A stretch of DNA of 32,000 nt from Candidatus Babelota bacterium (lineage in GTDB: Bacteria > Babelota > Babeliae > Babelales > Vermiphilaceae): NCBI GenBank assembly GCA_039809905.1, contig JBDHVY010000001.1, forward strand, positions 390,001 to 422,000, in the 5' to 3' direction. The notes below the pieces were generated by a model, which did no database searches, was not told the DNA's origin, and saw only the letters and a list, made by a program, of their open reading frames with translations. Made by a program: the position numbers and the translations under genes. Below, one piece after another: positions 26,738-32,000 of the stretch. The first letter of the stretch is position 1. The number at the start of each line of letters is the position of its first letter.

Positions 26738-27934
26738 ATGAAGCGTATTTCAACAGTTCTGCTTATGTGCATAATAGGTAATTATTCCCTTGTTGCAATG
26801 AATATTATAACACGCACTCAATCAGATAAAGGATTAGATGAAATTGTTGCTGTAATGGATAAAGCAATAAATGAAGAACATTCTTCAAGACCACATTTTC
26901 TTATAAGCATGACGCCTCGACCACATTATCTCAGAAGCTTATACGCTGCTGTTTGCTCAATTCCAAGAAAATGTTATCCCTCTATTATTTTAACGAAAAA
27001 ACTTCTTGATAAACTTCATAAAAAAAACACTGTTTTTGCAGAAGCAATTAGTTTCTTTTCTTCAAAGATCTCAGATAATTTTAGCACTGTTTCTCCTGAA
27101 ACTATCAATACCATTGATTCACCTGAAATATTTACGCAATTACTTATAGGCTATGATACCAAGTTTGTAGATCAAGCGATTATAAGCTTTATTATAGAAT
27201 TAGCAAAAAAAAATACGACTTATGAATATCAGATGTATTTACCCGTTGGAGCTGATATCATTGATTTTGATATATGTCCTGCTACAGATAGGACTATTAT
27301 TAGCTCTGGAGATAAAAGACCCTATACTTTATGTCTATGGGATCTTAAAACAGTAACTCCGCTCCATACATTTGAAGAAGAGAAATGCGTTTCAAAAATA
27401 TGTTTTAATAGCAATGGCGACCAACTAGCAGGAATATTGCATGATAGTGAGGAATCTCGCATAAAAATATGGGATATTCCATCAAGAAATATACTTCATT
27501 CTATTCTCTGCGACGCTATTCCTTTTCACATCATGTATACAGATTCTCATGAAAATGTTCTTTGCGCTAATCATCAAAAAACATCTGATAAAACATATAC
27601 AACCATGTTGAAGATTAATAAAAAAGATTATCAAGATTTAGGAAGCGCACCTCTTCTCTGGGACTTTTTTACAATAGAAAAACGCATAGTACAGAAAAAA
27701 AATTATTGTGGCAGCCGATACCATCACTTATTTTCAGACAAAAAACTGTTAGTTATAAAAAGCAACTGCCATGAAATGTATCTTTGTAATCAATCAGTAC
27801 CGAAGGCAAATGACATGCATTCGCTCAATAGTATTAAAGCATCAAATCCTTATCAAGAATTAACACCTTATGAAAAAGGTAAAATAAATGAAGCTTTAGA
27901 GGATAGGAAAAAATACCTGCCAGAAACCAAGTAA
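26738..27934 (+). CDS. Secreted WD40-like repeat protein, tandem paralog (family member 5)
   Basis: AAGGA SD site and signal peptide MKRISTVLLMCIIGNYSLVA. WD-like blades (TLCLWDLKTVTPLHTF, ICFNSNGDQLAG...RIKIWDIPSRNILHSI). Collinear with 25599..26729 (ELAKKNTTYEYQ versus EAAYKNIPYRYE). Confidence 0.75.
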   Translation: MKRISTVLLMCIIGNYSLVAMNIITRTQSDKGLDEIVAVMDKAINEEHSSRPHFLISMTPRPHYLRSLYAAVCSIPRKCYPSIILTKKLLDKLHKKNTVFAEAISFFSSKISDNFSTVSPETINTIDSPEIFTQLLIGYDTKFVDQAIISFIIELAKKNTTYEYQMYLPVGADIIDFDICPATDRTIISSGDKRPYTLCLWDLKTVTPLHTFEEEKCVSKICFNSNGDQLAGILHDSEESRIKIWDIPSRNILHSILCDAIPFHIMYTDSHENVLCANHQKTSDKTYTTMLKINKKDYQDLGSAPLLWDFFTIEKRIVQKKNYCGSRYHHLFSDKKLLVIKSNCHEMYLCNQSVPKANDMHSLNSIKASNPYQELTPYEKGKINEALEDRKKYLPETK

Positions 27935-27942
27935 AAATCATA

Positions 27943-27972
27943 ACCCCCGGTTTTACGCGGGGGCCTTCTTTT
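27943..27972. terminator. GC-rich hairpin terminator between convergent genes
   Basis: cccccg (27944-27949) / cggggg (27958-27963), then ccttctttt. Confidence 0.6.
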
Positions 27973-29911
27973 ACTTTCCAAGAATTTCTTCTTCATACCG
28001 TTTATATGATCGGTCTACTGGTTTTCCTCCAATAACATTATCTTCATACCATTGATATGATTTTGCAAATTCTTCAAAAATATCTTCTGATCGCATTCCT
28101 TGCACATCGCTTTTTTGTAATTCATTAAGATCTGACATTTTTTCTGGATAATCAATGCCATCTTTTTTTATTGGATCATATATTTTGGCACATAAATGAA
28201 TAAGCGCTAGATTTTCATTTATCTTTATTAATCGATTTTGTGCCTCAATTGCAATCCACAACCATTCTTTCAACGACTTACTTCGTGATTCTTGGGCTTT
28301 TCTCGAAGCCATTTCAAATAATTTTTTAATATCAAGTAACGTCATATTCTGCATTCGCGCTAAAAGATCTTGGGGAGAAATTTGTAGACGAAGTTCTTCC
28401 AACAATTGCTTTATAAGATGTTCTTTATCCGGTCTAACCGGCAATTGTTTTTTATAATTTTCTTGTTTCATATTCCACATAGCCCTTACCAAACAATCAC
28501 GATCGATACCTGTCTTAAATTTGTTTTGATTAATCGCTAAAACAGCAGCATCAGAAATCAATCTTTTAATATCGGCAGGACTCAATTCTTCGGTTGCATC
28601 TGCCAATATATCAATAAATGCTGATCCTTGAACATTTGGATTAACAACACTTTTTTTATAGTAATACTTTAATAATTGTTTACGTGAATCTTTATCTGGA
28701 TATTGAACAAGTATAGTTCTATCGATACGTCCTGGACGTAATAATGCAGGATCAATGCGATCAGGATAATTTGCTGCTCCTATCACAATAACCTTAACAT
28801 CTTTCTGCTCAAGTCCATCCATTTGACTCAACAAAGCATCTATCGATTCTGTATTAATCATTGTCATTTCTCCTGAACCACCGCTACTGCGTGAACCAAG
28901 ACCCTGAAGCTCATCAATAAAGATTATTGCTATTTTTCCGTTTATCTTTCTTGCTGCCTGCCTTGCTTTTTCAAATGCATCATTTACCGCTTTTTTACCT
29001 GTACCAACATATTGAGTTACCCTAAAATCTTGAGCATTATAAGCAAAGAATGGGCAATCTAATTCCCCTGCAATTGCTGCAGCTAAATAGGTTTTACCAG
29101 TACCAGGATCTCCCGTAAACAGTATTCCGCTTGGTAGCTCAACTCCAAACTCTCTATATGATGCTAGTTCTTTAATCTGCGCAACAAACTTACGTGCTTC
29201 TTCAGGCACACCAATATAATCGGCAAAGGTTACCGTTTTTTCTCCTTTTTCAACAGCTTTTTTTCCACGTAAATCTTGCCATTGCTGTTCTAAATTATCG
29301 TGCATATCACTCACAGCTTTTATCAATGGAGCAGTTTTTTCTCCTAATCGCAATTCATCACGAATCAGGCCCAAAAAAGATCGCTTGACGTCTATTTTTT
29401 CTGCATCTTGAAAAAGTCCAATTTTTATAAGTACTCGTTCAAGATAATAGTCAATTTTGTCTTCGATACTCGCATCTTCTTTTACCTTGAAATCTTTTTT
29501 ATATCTATTAAATGTTTCTTCAGGTTCACCAGTTACTAGCGTTTGAAGTAAATCTATTGCCGATTTAATGGACTTAGTAAAGCGAAGTTTCGGCTCAGTT
29601 TGAAAACGCTCGCGTAATTCCGTCGCAGCTTGACTAAACTCAGCATCTAAAGACAATGGCGTTTCTTCTCCAAGATAAGTAGCAAAACGAGGCTTGCTTT
29701 TGAGATAAACATATAACCTAGAAAGTTCTTCTGAAATCCCTGGAAGAATTTTTGCACGGTAAATTTCATAAAGATCTGATAATTGTGCATATTCAACCAT
29801 CTTATTCAAAAAGATATTCCACCAACTTGGTTTTGGTTTTTCACCCGCAAATCCTGTTGTAGGAATAATAATAGTTATTGCGATCAAAAGAGAAAAAATC
29901 TTTTTTTTCAT
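27971..29911 (-). CDS. FtsH-like AAA+ ATPase lacking an M41 protease domain, with N-terminal signal peptide/anchor
   Basis: The start is probably the ATG at 29911 (MKKKIFSLLIAITIIIPTTGFA|GE). VTFADYIGVPEEARKFV...ILFTGDPGTGKTYLAAAIAGE (Walker A), IIFIDELQ (Walker B), PDRIDPALLRPGRIDR (SRH). No HExxH occurs in the ~190-aa C-terminal region. Confidence 0.85.
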   Translation of the reverse strand: MKKKIFSLLIAITIIIPTTGFAGEKPKPSWWNIFLNKMVEYAQLSDLYEIYRAKILPGISEELSRLYVYLKSKPRFATYLGEETPLSLDAEFSQAATELRERFQTEPKLRFTKSIKSAIDLLQTLVTGEPEETFNRYKKDFKVKEDASIEDKIDYYLERVLIKIGLFQDAEKIDVKRSFLGLIRDELRLGEKTAPLIKAVSDMHDNLEQQWQDLRGKKAVEKGEKTVTFADYIGVPEEARKFVAQIKELASYREFGVELPSGILFTGDPGTGKTYLAAAIAGELDCPFFAYNAQDFRVTQYVGTGKKAVNDAFEKARQAARKINGKIAIIFIDELQGLGSRSSGGSGEMTMINTESIDALLSQMDGLEQKDVKVIVIGAANYPDRIDPALLRPGRIDRTILVQYPDKDSRKQLLKYYYKKSVVNPNVQGSAFIDILADATEELSPADIKRLISDAAVLAINQNKFKTGIDRDCLVRAMWNMKQENYKKQLPVRPDKEHLIKQLLEELRLQISPQDLLARMQNMTLLDIKKLFEMASRKAQESRSKSLKEWLWIAIEAQNRLIKINENLALIHLCAKIYDPIKKDGIDYPEKMSDLNELQKSDVQGMRSEDIFEEFAKSYQWYEDNVIGGKPVDRSYKRYEEEILGK

Positions 29912-30181
29912 TTTTTGGCCTTTTTTAACCCAAAAATACATTAATTCAATTTGAATATATCACAATATATGAATCTTAAACAAGAAAAAAGATGCTTTTA
30001 CAGTCCAATTTGATAAAACATGCTGAATAGAAAGACTTATAGAACAAGATAGAATTAAAGAACGAGGGGTCGGCGTGTGTAGAAAATCGAAACATGGGGT
30101 TAAAAATCTTGATTTGACCTTTTTTATTATGATATATTCAAGTTGAATTTGTAAAAAACAAGAAGTAAAAAAGGTATTACC

Positions 30182-30841
30182 ATGAAGAAAAACTATAAAG
30201 AAGCTCTGGCAGCATTTATTATTCTTTATAGCCTTATGGTACCAACATATCTAACTCCTAAAGGCGGCCGAGCACAAGTTGCTGCAGTTAGTGCAAAAAC
30301 ACCACAACCTATTGTTCAAAAACCACGTAAAATAGAAAAACCATCAGAAGAAGAACAATCAGAACCAGAAATTATTTCCAATGCAAAACAAATCAAGGCT
30401 TTTGTTCCTCAACCAGGAATATTTACGCGTATGTATTTGGGCTTCACTCCAATAATTTTGAGTAGTCTTAATACTGCAATTGGAGCAGGAATTGCTGCCG
30501 CAACCAAAGTGGTTCTTGCTGGTTTTCTTGAAGCTCGCCAATATACACTCGCTAAAAAAGCTGCTCAGGAATATGCAAAAGATGAAATTCAAAAAGGTCT
30601 TTTTAGTGGAGCACAATTCGCTCAATTTACTCCACAACAAAAAATAGATCTTGCAACAGAAACTATTTTAAAGTCAAACAAAATAAATATGGCTGAAATG
30701 GATGCGAGTACATCATACTCTGCTCTTTTCAGCCAAGGACTTTATCCAGCTAAGCTCAACATAGGAGCTTCTCTGATCTCGGGATTTATAACAATGGGAG
30801 TAGCTCTGCTGTTGCAAAGCTTAATGCCTCAATCTGAGTAA
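30182..30841 (+). CDS. Hypothetical membrane protein
   Basis: AAAGG SD site. N-terminal hydrophobic segment, a P/E/K-rich linker, then Gly/Ala-rich hydrophobic segments (FTPIILSSLNTAIGAGIAAATKVVLAGFL; ASLISGFITMGVALLLQSL). Confidence 0.55.
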   Translation: MKKNYKEALAAFIILYSLMVPTYLTPKGGRAQVAAVSAKTPQPIVQKPRKIEKPSEEEQSEPEIISNAKQIKAFVPQPGIFTRMYLGFTPIILSSLNTAIGAGIAAATKVVLAGFLEARQYTLAKKAAQEYAKDEIQKGLFSGAQFAQFTPQQKIDLATETILKSNKINMAEMDASTSYSALFSQGLYPAKLNIGASLISGFITMGVALLLQSLMPQSE

Positions 30842-30857
30842 ATATATAATGGTTTTC

Positions 30858-31217
30858 TTATAACTCAGTATATTTTGTCCACTTACCCTTACTTTTTTCA
30901 ATAGGGTATTTACGTGCTTTTTCAATTTGTTTATGCGCAAGAGCCTTGCTCAAATCAATCTTATTTTGATTACAAAAACACAAAAGCGCAAATGCAATAT
31001 CTGCTACTTCATCTTCAACATCTTGTCTACGTTTTTCTAATTCATCATATGAAGCTGCACTCTCGCACCATAAAAAAAGATCCATGAGTTCTGTGCTTTC
31101 TGAAACTAATGCCATACTCAAATTTTTCGGACTGTGAAATTGTTGCCATTCACGATCTTCAATAAACTTTTTAACATCCTTTTTTAAAGATTCTATTGTT
31201 GTTGTTACATCTGACAT
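30858..31217 (-). CDS. MazG-like nucleoside-triphosphate pyrophosphohydrolase (small all-alpha, DCTPP1/YpjD-like)
   Basis: FIEDREWQQFHSPKNLSMALVSESTELMDLFLW...DVEDEVADIAFALLCFCNQNKIDL...KARKYP. AAGGA SD site 9 nt after the upstream stop. Confidence 0.75.
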   Translation of the reverse strand: MSDVTTTIESLKKDVKKFIEDREWQQFHSPKNLSMALVSESTELMDLFLWCESAASYDELEKRRQDVEDEVADIAFALLCFCNQNKIDLSKALAHKQIEKARKYPIEKSKGKWTKYTEL

Positions 31218-31226
31218 GTAAAATCC

Positions 31227-31607
31227 TTATGCCAAAAATCTTATACGTTCTATTAATGCATTAAGCTCTCTAGAAAATGAATCAAATCCGGAAACAATTA
31301 CATCTACATTTTCTTGTTCATATGTATACGATGTTAGATGTCGTTTTTCTATAAAAGCAAACCACTCTTCTGGGTTATCAATCAATCGCGCAAGAGCAGC
31401 TTTTCGAAACACATCTCTAGGCGCGGTTGATTCTACACCTTGAGCAGTTAAAATGTGCTTCATTGTTTTCCATGATAATTCATAACAAACCTTAAAAGCC
31501 TGCACAGCCCCAGCCTTATCTCTATCAGTTATCATATCCTGGCGAAATCGCTCAAAAACTGATTGTGCTTTAAGTAAATTGCTAAAATCTGTCCCTAATT
31601 TTTCCAT
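31227..31607 (-). CDS. HEPN-domain protein, HI0074 (nucleotidyltransferase substrate-binding) family
   Basis: AFKVCYELSWKTMKHIL...PRDVFRKAALARLIDNPEEWFAFIEKRHLTSYTYEQE matches the family pattern Q.FE.TYEL.WK.MK...W....RN.TSHTYDE, but Tyr replaces the Rx4H histidine. GAGGAA SD site. Confidence 0.75.
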   Translation of the reverse strand: MEKLGTDFSNLLKAQSVFERFRQDMITDRDKAGAVQAFKVCYELSWKTMKHILTAQGVESTAPRDVFRKAALARLIDNPEEWFAFIEKRHLTSYTYEQENVDVIVSGFDSFSRELNALIERIRFLA

Positions 31608-31635
31608 GCCCTATTCCTCGATGTTATGTATATTA

Positions 31636-32000
31636 TTATTCTTGTTGTTTATGATGTAAAAAATCTACGACAAATTGGCTCCAAGATTCCATGCATTCAC
31701 GTTGTGCGATACAATCTGCAAGCGAAACTAATGTACCACTTTTTAATTCTGATTTTATTGCAATATCAGCACTATCACCTTCAAGCAAAAATACAAATCC
31801 AATATGCACCTTGCCAACATCGTTGGAATCATCATTCAAAATGCCCAGAGGTTTTACATTCACTTTCCCTGCATAATCAACTTCTTCATGAAATTCACGC
31901 AATGCCCATGCAAAAAGCGAATCCTCTACCATATCTTCTTGCCGAATATGACCACCAATACCAAGTGTTAATTTATTGCGCAAACGAGCTTCTGAGGCAT
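31636..32000 (-). CDS. Nudix (MutT)-family-like hydrolase, 5'-truncated by window edge
   Basis: The frame stays open upstream of the ORF-track TTG to the window edge (..ASEARLRNKLTLGIGGHI..). Nudix-box-like GGHIRQEDMVEDSLFAWALREFHEEVD (REUxEE core). Confidence 0.5.
   Translation of the reverse strand, partial: ASEARLRNKLTLGIGGHIRQEDMVEDSLFAWALREFHEEVDYAGKVNVKPLGILNDDSNDVGKVHIGFVFLLEGDSADIAIKSELKSGTLVSLADCIAQRECMESWSQFVVDFLHHKQQE

Noticed and set aside
29912-29941. 10-codon N-terminal extension of the AAA+ gene (MYFWVKKGQK)
   Set aside because: The internal ATG at 29911 gives a canonical MKKK-plus-hydrophobic signal sequence with AAGG upstream.
29942-30181. GC-rich patch (gaacgaggggtcggcgtgtgtag, ~30061-30083) in the divergent spacer as a possible small RNA
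   Set aside because: I found no convincing stem-loops, terminator or tRNA-like features. The extended -10-like TGaTATATT near 30130 suggests ordinary promoter DNA.

Overview
Visibly AT-rich bacterial chromosomal segment (GC not computed) using the standard code, with AGGA-type Shine-Dalgarno sites and clear hairpin/T-run terminators. I support about 26 CDSs. By eye I found no rRNA, tRNA, CRISPR array, transposase or integrase. Housekeeping backbone: bamA (5'-truncated by the window edge), an ftsL-like gene plus ftsI, a class I (DhnA/FbaB-type) aldolase, a large beta-barrel OMP candidate, two tandem RRM-type RNA-binding protein genes, rpe, and groES-groEL. Interleaved with these are accessory genes, almost all carrying N-terminal signal peptides or membrane anchors: (i) a UrtA/AmiC-type solute-binding protein translationally coupled to a 999-aa fusion of two Cache-like sensor domains and a complete pentameric ligand-gated ion channel (pLGIC); (ii) two tandem ankyrin-repeat proteins with a C-terminal F-box/PRANC-like motif; (iii) a five-member paralog family with a Skp1/BTB(POZ)-like or F-box-like N-region and a WD40-like beta-propeller; (iv) a signal-peptide-bearing FtsH-like AAA+ ATPase without a protease domain; (v) a Nudix-like / HEPN (HI0074-type) / MazG-like three-gene operon at the 3' edge. 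This combination of eukaryote-like domains in a low-GC genome that keeps BamA, FtsI and GroEL suggests a protist-associated intracellular bacterium such as Dependentiae/TM6, but that is inference only. Top candidates for something new are the PBP + Cache-Cache-pLGIC module (8671-12911) and the secreted ubiquitin-ligase-adaptor-like cluster (12886-20701, 23738-29911). All domain calls come from motif recognition by eye; no database search was possible.
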